NCBI GenBank assembly: GCA_965644315.1
Contig: CBFFRQ010000086.1
Span: 59,878 to 123,877, forward strand
Length of the DNA stretch: 64,000 nucleotides
Direction of reading: 5' to 3'
DNA from: Caecitellus pseudoparvulus
Lineage: Eukaryota; Protista; Bigyra: Bicosoecida
Under the pieces are notes generated by a model. It was not told the origin of the DNA. It worked only from the letters and a program-made list of their open reading frames with translations, and ran no database searches. The translations under genes and the position numbers were made by a program. Positions 11,572 through 24,300 of this stretch are shown one piece after another; positions within the stretch are counted from its first letter, which is position 1; the number at the start of each line of letters is the position of its first letter.

Positions 11572-14500
11572 ATGGCCTTAATTCAAGACACCATCACAGG
11601 GTATGTCCCTGCAGATGCATCCTTTAGCAGCATCTGCATACAACCATCTCTGTTGCTGCGCAGAGCACTGCGAGTTGCGGCAAAAGAGCCTGGCCTGAAC
11701 AGGTACCTCTTCGTCGGGGGACACTTGTTCAGAGCGCTACAAATGATGGTATTCCCGGTACTTGCTGTCTTGGCTGTCTCAAAAAATACCGGAGGTGAGG
11801 TCAAATCAAACGCACATAGGCAAAAGCGGCGACTTTCAATCATTGTACACTTCTTGCCCAGGTGACGGATTGCGTGAGCTGCTGGCAGTGTCACAGCTTG
11901 CGAGCGTCTCAAGATTTCACCCGAGCATCAATATCATAGTATTCTTTCTGGCTCTTGCTTGGGCAGCTACCTTCTCAGCGCTCGCCATCAACGTCGGGTG
12001 GAGAGCAGCGTAAGTGCAGGATACCGCAAGCAAACCACCTGAAGCGATCATTCTGTGAACTACCTCCCCCTCCCTGCAGCACCGCCACTGGACAACAGCG
12101 ATGGCAGCTCTACGCATGGAGAGCCATGGTCTTCGTCAGCAGCACCTTCCTCTTCCTCCCCACTCTCGGTGCGTCGCCCAACCCCAACACCACTCCCACG
12201 CCTGCCGCCCCCTCGCAAGACAAGCACCGCCGCGACCATGCCGCCCTCCTTGCACGGCCCCCCGCACCACTGCGCAGGCGCCCTCGTCGACACCATGGGC
12301 TGCCAAGGCACGGAGGCTGTCCTGGGCGGCTGCTGGCAAGGCGCACACCTCGCCCTCAGCGTCCTCGGCGCCGTGTTTGGCTGCATGTTCACGGCCCTGA
12401 CCATCGCTGCCGCCGCCGTGTACGTCGACCGCACCCCCGGCACGACTGCATGGCATGCAGTGTCGGACGGGCGCGCAGATGCCACCATGCTGCTGCAGCA
12501 GGTGGTGCTCATCATGGTGTACGGCATCGTCGGCGCAGCCAACCTTCCCGGCTGGCTGTCCGTGGTCATCCTGGGCTTCGTCGCGACGACCTGGCTGCAC
12601 CACTTCATCATGCGGCAGCCGCACGCTGTGAGCTTCATGAACAGTCTGCGGGCGGGGTGTGGCGCAGTCTTCGCGTGGGGCGTCGTGTGCCTCGCTGTCG
12701 CGCTGCTGCGGGGCAGCTCCGATGTCGGCCTGCTCTTCTTCACAGGTGCCGTGCTCAGTGCCGCCCTGGCCCACTTCATGGTGCTGCGCCGTCGCATGAT
12801 GTTGCTGCAGGCCCAGGCAGTGGACGTGTCGTCAGATGTGGACCTGTCACTGTGGGCTCGCACCCGCCTGCAGCTGGCACACGACACGACGTACTCGGTG
12901 CTGGCGCTGCCTGCAGCTGTGTGGTTGGGGGGCGGCACGTTGTTGGCTGGGTGGGAGAGTCGAGCGAGCAGTGACGGTCTGACAGCCCGGCAGCAGGTGG
13001 AGGCGCTGCTGCGGGCGGTGCTGCCGCAGCAAAGCGAAAGCGACGCCTCCAAAGCCGATCAAACTCCGTATGTGCACAGCAAAGCAAAACGCCCAGGCAA
13101 CTTTACATCACATTCCTTGTTTCTTGCTTTGCACAGATTGCTGTACCAGGATGACGATAGTGAAGACTTCAGCCCCGTTGCATCGCTTCACTCCGAAGCT
13201 GGCCCCAGCCCCCGCCTCACTGAATCAAGATCATCATCGTTCAGAGTTGAGGGCGGGAAGGGTGCCTCTCTGGCTGCTGCTCAGCAAGCTCGCCGCATGA
13301 TCGCTGGGGGGGCGAAAACAGTGGCTCGCTCGCAGCGGAGCGGGGGCGGAGATGCTGAAGATGCTGATACTGATCTTGACACAACATCTCCTCGGGCCGC
13401 CATCGCCACGGCCCTGGTAATGCTCGTGCATGGTGAGCTGAGGGCACGAAATGACGACGCCAAGCTGTCTGCGACCCTCCTCATGCTCCTCGCCGACATG
13501 CGCGCCCACTGCCTCAAGAACAAGTTCATGGAGCTCATGGCCCTCTCACAAGCCAAATCACACGCCTCCCTCCCATGGGACGTCCAGTTCTGGGTCGAAC
13601 AACGCCTCCAAGTCCTCCGCACCGTGCAAGAGCATGCCACAGGCGAAGGCGACCTCAGCCCCGTCGACCGCCTGCTGTTCGACCAGCACTTCACATGGAT
13701 CATGAAGCACCAGCGTGCCTGGTACCGAGGCCTGGCCAGCATGTTCAGGGAGCTGGCCTCACCCACACCCGACATGGCTGCTCTGCAGGTCTCCGCGCAG
13801 GGCCTCGCTGACGCCCTCATCGACACCGAGCACAACTTCAGGGAGCTCATGGCCATCAACAAGAACTCCGTCAAGGTGCTGCGGGCCAAGGCAAACTACC
13901 TCATCCGCATCCGCAGGGCTGATGCCGAGGGCGCCGCCCTCCTCTCCCGCGCAGAGCGCCTGGAGGCCGCCGCCCTCTCACGCACACAACGAGAGGTGTC
14001 ACACTTCAAGCTCCTGGCCAACGGCGGCGAGCACCTCGTCATGGACGACACCGCAGCAGTCATTGTGGCCAACGGCGAGATGGCGCACCTGGGCGAGATC
14101 ACCAAGGTCAACGCCGTCGCAGCGGCACTCTTCCGACGCACCAAGAACAACATGGTCGGGCAGAACCTCAGCACCCTCATCCCCCCGCCCATCTCAGACA
14201 TGCACGACATGTTCCTCAGGCGCTACGCAAATACTGGAAAGACCCGCCTCATGAACAACACCCGCAACCTCCTGGGACTCGACTCCACCGGCGCCATCTT
14301 TCCTGCACGAGGCACTCTGCGTGAGACGCCACCCCTGGAGGGCAGCTCGGCGGCACAGTTCACCATGCTCATGCAGCCACTGCGGGTGGCGGAGCACCAC
14401 CTGCTCTTCGCGGGGCCAGCGCAGGGCTACCAGATCTGGGCTGGAGACGCCGAGAGCTACAAGCTCTTCGGCATCACCTACCGCTCCCTGGGCGAGACAG

Positions 14501-17442
14501 CCGTGTCAGCTGTGCAGTTCCTGCCCGAGGTCGACATGGCCTTCACAGCCGCGTGGCGCGCGCAGCGCGCGGCCATGGAGGAAGATGGCGCCGACACTGA
14601 CGAGGCTGGTGCGCCCATGAGTCTGCCCATGGCCAGCCGCGATGCAGGCGGCACTGGCTCGCGTCGGCGGTCCCTGCTGCAGGCAGACAAGGCATTCCAG
14701 CGCACACCTGTGACGAATGTGACGAGTGAGCACGTGAAGCATGTGTTCGCGATGGTGCAGAAGATCATGCTGCCGTCGGCGGGGGGCGTGCTGTACTTGT
14801 TGTCGTGGAAGCACACTGCCGAGATGCAAGGTGTTGTGGGAAAGGCACACGGCCTGCACAGCAACAAGAACGCCACTGCCCCATTGGCCGGAAAAGGGGT
14901 GGCGGCTTCTCTCATGCATGGTTCCGGAGCAAAAGAAGCTGGGGTGCGATTTTCTGAGGAGAAGCCCGTGGAAATCGCCGGCCCTCCATCAACCCCACCG
15001 CTAAGTGATTCTCATGTGAGGGTGGACACTTCTGGGGCCGCTGCTAGCTCACAGACGTCTGAGCCAGGCACACCGCACATGCTGTCTCCCGGGCCACTGC
15101 ACCATACCTCTCTCTTCATGCAAAGTCCTGCACATGGACAGCACGGCCGCCCACCCAGACCGGCTGAACAACTAGGAACACCCACCTCAGCAAGGAGCAT
15201 GCAGTTCCACAAACAAACATCTGACCTGCAAGCATCTAGTCCATACATGGAAAAGCCTGCTCCCGAAGTACCTGGGCACTCTGGAAACAGTAGCGAAACA
15301 GGGACGTCATCCTTTTCAGGGTCAGCGTCCACCGCCGCCACTCGCCACTCCCTCTGGACCAAACACGTCCTCGACATCACCGCCAGCGAGCAGCAACACC
15401 CCGTCGTACTCCACCTCCGCCTCTCCTTCCTCGCACAACTCATCCTCCTGCTCGCATTCTCCGTCGCCATCTTCGTCATGCGGGTCGACGCCGTCGAATC
15501 TCTGTCAGTGCTCGTCACTGCCATGAAGCTCGGAGGTGAGCGCCTCCTCCACGCCCGGGCCGCCGTCATGCTCGCCACCTCCATGGTGCTCGTCAACACC
15601 GGCGTGCACGTGGACTCCATCGCATCCCTGCGCACCAAGCTCACGGCAGAGCTGGACACCCTGTCCACCATCACCTCGGACCTGCAGCACTCCCTCGGAT
15701 CCATGCAGAACAAGCTGGGCTTCCATGTGGACGACTACACCCTGCCTGTGACCGGTGCACATGGCTCACTGCAGTACCTCACGCCCTACGACGCGACGGT
15801 ATGGCTGCTGGGCCACCTGAGTGTCGTGCGCGACCTGCCTGATGCCGAGGTCACGACAGACCACCCCAGCGTCGGGGCTGTGCTCAACGCCACCTCCCTG
15901 CTCAGCGACGTCTTCCCACGCAGCGTGCGGGAGGTGGAGAGTGCCACCGCACAGTGGATCGAGCATCACAACCTGGAGGAGGCCATCGTCACTGTCTCCG
16001 GCCTCGTCGTCGCAGTGGTGCTGGTGGGCTCCCTGTCCATGCTCTTCATCTCACGCCTGGCGTCCCACCGTGTGTTGGTGCTGCGGGCGATGGGCAGCAT
16101 GCCAGTGCGCATGGTGAAGGCGCTGGCGCGGGCGTCACTGCAGGAGGGGCGTCGTCACTTGGCGATGTTGGCGAACGCGGACGAGGCGGAGGATGATGTG
16201 GGTGTGGTGGACGACGTGGAGGGGGGCGGCTCAGCCTCGCCCGATGTTATTCCATACACGCAATCCTTTAAAGGGCCAATACAACCGCTTGCGGTCGCGC
16301 AAGAAAAGGATATCGAGCAAGCGACAGAGTCTCAGGCAGGTTCGTCCGGAAGAAGAGGAAGCGCAAAGAACACTAAGCACTCTTCTGCATTCCGGACTGA
16401 AATGCTCGACTCGTCCCGGTTCAGGACAGCTGCGCTTACTCGAATGATGGCCCCCACCGTCCTCATCTTCGCATTCCTCGCCGGCATCTGGTCTGACTGG
16501 TTCATCACCACCTCCGCACTCCTCAAAGACGCTGAACGCACTTACGCCGCACAGGAAACCGCCGTGCACAGCACCGCCGCACTGCAAACCATCCTCTCCT
16601 CCATGCTTGTCCTCGTCAGGGCTGGCGCCGTGCCTGGCGCTGTCGCTGCCGTCGATGTCAGCCTCGCCGCAGCCTTGGGCGGCCTGCAGACACTCGTGCA
16701 GGGCACCGCCGCAGGCAGCCTCACCAGCAGCCAGCTGCCCGCCATCCAAGACGGCACGTGGGCGGCAGGAGTCCTGACCGAGGATGCCTGCGCCGTGCAG
16801 GGCGGACTGTACGACATGGCTGGCTGTGCTGCCTTCGCCTCTGGCCTCCTGGCCACCTCCGGCGTGCAGGGCGGCATGCTGCGCTTCACGTCGCAGGCCT
16901 CCGAGCTGACGTCCCAGGTGCAGAGTGGCGCCATCGCAGTGGGCCTGAACGCCAGCCAGGTCGACACCCTCCTCGCCTCCCAGCGCTACGCCGCCACCGT
17001 CCTCGCCAACGGCACCGAAGCCCTCAGCCGCAGCCGCTTCCTGCACCGCTCAGTGCACCCCTACATGCTGGGCACCTGCACGGCGCTGGCAGAGGAGTTC
17101 CACGATGACACACGCGGCCTGCATGAGGCAGCCCTGGGCCGATCACAGGCCCTCACCGCCGTCCTGCTCTGCCTCATGGTGGTGTCCATGGTGGCGTGGA
17201 TCTGGCCAGCAGCTCGGCAGCTGGGCAAGGATGTGTTTGCGACGCATGCTCTGCTGGCTGCTGTGCCGCCTGAGGTGCAGGTGCGGGTGCCGAGCATGAA
17301 GGCGGCCCTGGTGAAGATCGCTGAGCTGACGGCGCAGAGTGGGTCGGACGGCACGCTGACGGACATGGGCGCGATGTTGGGCTTCGACGAGGATGATGAA
17401 GAAGAAGGGGGGCCTTCTGAAGAGCAGGGCCCTCAAGTGTAA
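11572..17442 (+). CDS. TmcB/TmcC-like multi-pass membrane protein with TPR-like helical region and PAS domain (copy 1), 5' end spliced
   Basis: N-terminal TM bundle, then WDVQFWVEQR/FRELMAINKNSVKVLRAKANYL helical region and PAS domain GEITKVNAVAAALF..MVGQNLSTLIPPPISDMHDMFLRRY. Four C-terminal TM helices follow. Introns at about 11601-11662, 11795-11861, 12010-12079 and 12169-12277. Confidence 0.8.
12071..13037 (+). repeat. Near-identical block A (partner 19044-20010), includes intron 12169-12277
   Basis: Direct comparison: constant offset of 6973 with only scattered substitutions. Confidence 0.95.
13451..14828 (+). repeat. Near-identical block B (partner 20430-21807)
   Basis: Direct comparison: constant offset of 6979. 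Confidence 0.95.
15325..16223 (+). repeat. Near-identical block C (partner 22529-23427)
   Basis: Direct comparison: constant offset of 7204. Confidence 0.95.
16444..17396 (+). repeat. Near-identical block D (partner 23765-24717)
   Basis: Direct comparison: constant offset of 7321. Confidence 0.95.
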
Positions 17443-18340
17443 GCAGGGGGGCGTCCCCCTGCGTGCAGGGTGTTGAGGATCGGAGGGCTGCGCAGCATGA
17501 CGCAGCAGGGAAGTTGAGTGCAGCAGCTGGCATGGTCTTCACACGTTGGCTAACTCTGCAGCATACGAATGCATCCCCAAGGGGAAAGCTCCCTCATGCT
17601 AAAGAATCTTGTGTGTTGGCTGCTGAACCAATTCTTCAGCTTCTGGCACCTGATCCGGCTTGCCAGCGCGCAGAATGCAAACACTCCGTGTTGGCGATGG
17701 GTCAGTCATCTCCAGGCATCATCCACTCGGGAATGCTTTCCTTCACCATCAGGCGTCCTTCTGAACGGTGCGGCTTTTCTTCCCTGCAGACTTTCTGCTC
17801 ACGAATTCAGCGGCGTGGGAGCCATGCCTTCAGATTCTCGCTGGTACAGTGCCGACGGAGGAGGCCGGCAATGCCCTACTGGCCCCACCTTGCACTTGGT
17901 TGACCTCGAGGCTTGCAGACTGAAGCACCCCCTGCCTTCCACAAGGAGAAAGGATTCATGCTTCCTTATTCATGTGTGACAGCTTGGCCAGTTCCTGGTG
18001 CAGTCGATGCGCTCTCAAGCGCCATGGTGAGGGGCCTGTGATGGTGTGCGTATGGCTTCACTTCGCCTGGGCAGGGTCGAGGGGGGGCAATCGCAGCCGG
18101 CACTGCACACAACCCGCCGAGGAACAAACCCCACCCTTCCCTCTCCACGCATACATTCGGTGTGATGGTGCATTCGCCTGGACCCCTGCTGACCCACCGT
18201 GGCCCACACGGCAGTCGAAGTATCCAGCCTCGGCGTGGCGAAGAAAACGCTCAGCCACGCTGTTGTCAGCCACGGCGTAGGACTCGCAGATCAGCGTCTT
18301 TGCAAGGAAACTGCCGAAGTCCACTAGGCTTGCTTGTGAC

Positions 18341-21300
18341 ATGGTGAGCTAGCTGATGCGAGCACCTAGAAGTCTTGAAACAAGTGCAGCCAACAATGAG
18401 GACACGCGCGGTGCCAGCCGCGGAAATTAGGCCCGGGAGCGCCAACTTGGCCAACTCCACTTCCCATGTCCCCCTCGCTCACAGGCTTCAAGAAAGGGTG
18501 CCAGCTCTGAGCGAGGATGGCTGGAAACAGTCCAGCTTGTATTTACTGAGTAAGCGCATGTGGAAGTCTCCATGGCTGCTTCGTTCCCACAGCAGAAACC
18601 ACGCGGCAACCTCGCAGAGCGCTCCGAGTAGCTGTCAAGGAGCCAGGCCTGAACAGGTATCTCTTTGTCGCCGGCCATGTACTTCGGACCCTCCAGATGC
18701 TTGTCTTCCCTATGCTCTCCACGCTCGCCATCGGGCGCAGCAGCGCGAGTGAGTTCCAGCCAGGTGCTTCGCAAGTGTACCACTCGCACGACCTTTGCCA
18801 CCGCGTCTTTCAGCCAGCGACGGCCTTGAGCAAGTGCTCACAGTCACTCAGCTAGTGAGCGTATCGCGGTTTGTCGGAGACGTGAGCGTTGTGGTCTTCT
18901 TCCTGGCCTTGGTTTGGGCCATCGCCTTCTCAGCGCTCGCCATCAACGTCGGGTGGAGAGCAGTGTGAGTTTCAGCGCATCAACAGCAGTCAAACTCGCT
19001 CGAGTTGGATGCCGCCGCACCTCCGCACTTCTTCCCTTCCCACTCCCTGCAGCACCGCCACCGGACAACAGCGATGGCAGCTCTACGCTTGGAGAGCCAT
19101 GGTCTTCGTCAGCAGCACCTTCCTCTTCCTCCCCACTCTCGGTGCGTCGCCCGACCCCAACACCACTCCCACGCCTGCCGCCCCCTCGCAAGACAAGCAC
19201 CGCCGCGACCATGCCGCCCTCCTTGCACGGCCCCCCGCACCACTGCGCAGGCGCCCTCGTCGACACCATGGGCTGCCAAGGCACGGAGGCTGTCCTGGGC
19301 GGCTGCTGGCAAGGCGCACACCTCGCCCTCAGCGTCCTCGGCGCCGTGTTTGGCTGCATGTTCACGGCCCTGACCATCGCTGCCGCCGCCGTGTACGTCG
19401 ACCGCACCCCCGGCACGACTGCATGGCATGCAGTGTCGGACGGGCGCGCAGATGCCACCATGCTGCTGCAGCAGGTGGTGCTCATCATGGTGTACGGCAT
19501 CGTCGGCGCAGCCAACCTTCCCGGCTGGCTGTCCGTGGTCATCCTGGGCTTCGTCGCGACGACCTGGCTGCACCACTTCATCATGCGGCAGCCGCACGCT
19601 GTGAGCTTCATGAACAGTCTGCGGGCGGGGTGTGGCGCAGTCTTCGCGTGGGGCGTCGTGTGCCTCGCTGTCGCGCTGCTGCGGGGCAGCTCCGATGTCG
19701 GCCTGCTCTTCTTCACAGGTGCCGTGCTCAGTGCCGCCCTGGCCCACTTCATGGTGCTGCGCCGTCGCATGATGTTGCTGCAGGCCCAGGCAGTAGACGT
19801 GTCGTCCGATGTGGACCTGTCACTGTGGGCCCGCACCCGCCTGCAGCTGGCACACGACACGACGTACTCGGTGCTGGCGCTGCCTGCAGCTGTGTGGTTG
19901 GGGGGCGGAACGTTGTTGGCTGGGTGGGAGAGTCGAGCGAGCAGCGACGGTCTGACAGCCCGGCAGCAGGTGGAGGCGCTGCTGCGGGCGGTGCTGCCGC
20001 AGCAAAGCGAGGGAGCACGAGGGGCCCACGAAGATGAAGGGTATGCAGACCACGCAGTCCATGATGACAGCGCGACTACCGCAACGGCATTGACCCCGGC
20101 CCACCATGGAGGCATCCATGCGCACTTTGGAGAGCCAGGTCCAGTGGATGTGCACCAGCCGGAGTACGAACCCGCCGAGAGTGTCAGGGGAACCCAGATG
20201 ACGATTCGCACAGATGATGTCCCATCCCTCTCCATGCCGCCAAGCACTTCGTTTGCTGCTGCTCAGCAAGCTCGCCGCATGATGGCAGGGGGCGCAAAGG
20301 CATCTGGCCGTTCCTCAAAGCGATCTCGAATCGCAGGCGGAGGTTCTGGAGCCATCGACGTTTCCTCAGCACGTACTGCAATCGCGACGGCACTGACTCA
20401 ACAAGTGCACACAGAGCTCAAGAGCCGTGATGACGACGCCAAGCTGTCCGCGACCCTCCTCATGCTCCTCGCCGACATGCGCGCCCACTGCCTCAAGAAC
20501 AAGTTCATGGAGCTCATGGCCCTCTCACAAGCCAAATCACACGCCTCCCTCCCATGGGACGTCCAGTTCTGGGTCGAACAACGCCTCCAAGTCCTCCGCA
20601 CAGTGCAGGAGCATGCCACAGGCGAAGGCGACCTCAGCCCCGTCGACCGCCTGCTGTTCGACCAGCACTTCACATGGATCATGAAGCACCAGCGTGCCTG
20701 GTACCGAGGCCTGGCCAGCATGTTCAGGGAGCTGGCCTCACCCACACCCGACATGGCTGCTCTGCAGGTCTCCGCTCAGGGCCTCGCTGATGCCCTCATC
20801 GACACCGAGCACAACTTCAGGGAGCTCATGGCCATCAACAAGAACTCCGTCAAGGTGCTGCGGGCCAAGGCAAACTACCTCATCCGCATCCGCAGGGCTG
20901 ATGCCGAGGGCGCCGCCCTCCTCTCCCGCGCAGAGCGCCTGGAGGCCGCCGCCCTCTCACGCACACAACGAGAGGTGTCACACTTCAAGCTCCTGGCCAA
21001 CGGCGGCGAGCACCTCGTCATGGACGACACCGCGGCAGTCATTGTGGCCAACGGCGAGATGGCGCACCTGGGCGAGATCACCAAGGTCAACGCCGTCGCA
21101 GCGGCACTCTTCCGACGCACCAAGAACAACATGGTCGGGCAGAACCTCAGCACCCTCATCCCCCCGCCCATCTCAGACATGCACGACATGTTCCTCAGGC
21201 GCTACGCAAACACAGGCAACACTCGTCTCATGAACAACACCCGCAACCTCCTGGGACTCGACTCCACCGGCGCCATCTTTCCTGTACGAGGCACTCTGCG

Positions 21301-24300
21301 TGAGACGCCACCCCTGGAGGGCAGCTCGGCGGCACAGTTCACCATGCTCATGCAGCCGCTGCGGGTGGCGGAGCACCACCTGCTCTTCGCGGGGCCAGCA
21401 CAGGGCTACCAGATCTGGGCTGGAGACGCCGAGAGCTACAAGCTCTTCGGCATCACCTACCGCTCCCTGGGCGAGACAGCCGTGTCAGCTGTGCAGTTCC
21501 TGCCCGAGGTCGACATGGCCTTCACAGCCGCGTGGCGCGCGCAGCGCGCGGCCATGGAGGAAGACGGCGCCGACACCGACGAGGCTGGTGCACCCATGAG
21601 TCTGCCCATGGTCAGCCGGGATGCAGGCGGCACTGGCTCGCGTCGGCGGTCCCTGCTGCAGGCAGACAAGGCGTTCCAGCGCACACCTGTGACGAATGTG
21701 ACGAGTGAGCACGTGAAGCATGTGTTCGCGATGGTGCAGAAGATCATGCTGCCGTCGGCGGGGGGCGTGCTGTACTTGTTGTCGTGGAAGCACACTGCCG
21801 AGATGCATGGCCGAAAGAGGGAGTCAGCCACAGCACATGGTGGCCGTGGCCGATCATCCAGCAATATCAGTGTTCGCAGTCGTTCAGCACGTGGCGGCAC
21901 TGACATCGACACAAGGCGACATCGGTCGACGAGCCATGTTGGTGCCAGCGTGGCGGAGGTGCCCATGTCGCCGACCATGGGACACGTGGCCCGCACCATG
22001 TCAGAAGTGGGCGATGGGGGCCGGGATGAGTCTGGGCAAACTGCCACCTTCCCCCAACCAGTTCCTGGGGCGGACGCTGCACCTACTGTGTTGCTTGCAG
22101 ATGCCGTGAACACTCCCAGCGACGCGACAGCAGAGCCAACGAAGCTGGTTCCCTCTGCGTTAGCACCACGGACGATGGGTACACGTGCAAAGTCTGTTGG
22201 AGCGAACAGCCCTTCAAGTCGTGAGCAGTCTGCTGCTTCTCCAACAGGGGGCATCGCGAAACCCACCCTGCTCGCTTCGTTCTCCTCACAAGAGTCCAAG
22301 GGCGGCAAGAAACTCTCCAGACTGCCGCCATCTGGCCAAAGGTCCGCGTCACTTACTCGTGCCACACGTTATTTGGGCTCAGGCCCACCGACGGGCGGGC
22401 CCACCCCCACCACGCCCATCGCAAGGGTGCCGAGTAGAGATCCGAGCCTTTCCAAAACGGACGGAAGCAACATCAACCCTTTCTCCGAGGACGAAAGTGA
22501 TATCGATGGTTCAGGATACGCCAACTCCGCGTCCACCGCCGCCACTCGCCACTCCCTCTGGACCAAACACGTCCTCGACATCACCGCCAGCGAGCAGCAA
22601 CACCCCGTCGTACTCCACCTCCGCCTCTCCTTCCTAGCACAACTCATCCTCCTGCTCGCATTCTCCGTCGCCATCTTCGTCATGCGGGTCGACGCCGTCG
22701 AATCTCTGTCAGTGCTCGTCACTGCCATGAAGCTCGGAGGTGAGCGCCTCCTCCACGCCCGTGCCGCCGTCATGCTCGCCACCTCCATGGTGCTCGTCAA
22801 CACCGGCGTGCATGTGGACTCCATCGCATCCCTGCGCACCAAGCTCACGGCAGAGCTGGACACCCTGTCCACCATCACCTCGGACCTGCAGCACTCCCTC
22901 GGCTCCATGCAGAACAAGCTGGGCTTCCATGTGGACGACTACACCCTGCCTGTGACCGGTGCACATGGCTCACTGCAGTACCTCACGCCCTACGACGCGA
23001 CGGTATGGCTGCTGGGCCACCTGAGTGTCGTGCGCGACCTGCCTGATGCCGAGGTCACGACAGACCACCCCAGCGTCGGGGCTGTGCTCAACGCCACCTC
23101 CCTGCTCAGCGACGTCTTCCCACGCAGCGTGCGGGAGGTGGAGAGTGCCACCGCACAGTGGATCGAGCATCACAACCTGGAGGAGGCCATCGTCACTGTC
23201 TCCGGCCTCGTCGTCGCAGTGGTGCTGGTTGGCTCCCTGTCCATGCTCTTCATCTCACGCCTGGCGTCCCACCGTGTGTTGGTGCTGCGGGCGATGGGCA
23301 GCATGCCAGTGCGCATGGTGAAGGCGCTGGCACGGGCGTCACTGCAGGAGGGGCGTCGTCACTTGGCGATGTTGGCGAACGCGGACGAGGCGGAGGATGA
23401 TGTGGGTGTGGTGGACGACGTGGAGGGTGGTGGAAGGAGCGGTGCGTCTGCGGTGATGCCTTCCCGGCAAGATAGCGTGGAGGTTCCCCTTGGTCCACCC
23501 ATGGCCTCTGCTGGACGCAAGTCCGACGCAGCAGCCGCCCACACTCACAGGTCAGTGCAGTCCACGGAGTCCTCAGCAGGAGGAGGTGTCATTGACGACA
23601 GTTCTCACAAGTCATCACAAGCCCCGCCCGGTGTGCTGCCTGGCGAAGCCTTCTCAGGCGGCGGCGCCCTTGCCGGCACCGGGCTTCGCGCTGTATCTCG
23701 CACGGGACGCAACCGAGGTGACCTTGTGGACTCCTCGCATTTCAAAGCCTATGCCTTGTTGCGGATGATGGCTCCCACCGTCCTCATCTTCGCATTCCTC
23801 GCCGGCATCTGGTCTGACTGGTTCATCACCACCTCCGCACTCCTCAAAGACGCTGAACGCACTTACGCCGCACAGGAAGCCGCCGTGCACAGCACCGCCG
23901 CACTACAAACCATCCTCTCCTCCATGCTCGTCCTCGTCAGGGCCGGCGCTGTGCCTGGCGCCGTCGCTGCCGTCGACGTCAGCCTCGCCGCAGCCTTGGG
24001 CGGCCTGCAGACGCTCGTGCAGGGCACCGCCGCAGGCAGCCTCACCAACAGCCAGCTGCCCGCCATCCAAGACGGCACGTGGGCGGCAGGAGTCCTGACC
24101 GAGGATGCCTGCGCCGTGCAGGGCGGACTGTACGACATGGCTGGCTGTGCCGCCTTCGCCTCCGGCCTCCTGGCCACCTCCGGCGTGCAGGGCGGCATGC
24201 TGCGCTTCACGTCGCAGGCCTCCGAGCTGACGTCCCAGGTGCAGAGTGGCGCCATCGCAGTGGGCCTGAACGCCAGCCAGGTCGACACCCTCCTCGCCTC

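Noticed and set aside
17443-18340. Short ORFs between the TmcB copies
   Set aside because: No motifs or coding-like codon bias; treated as intergenic.
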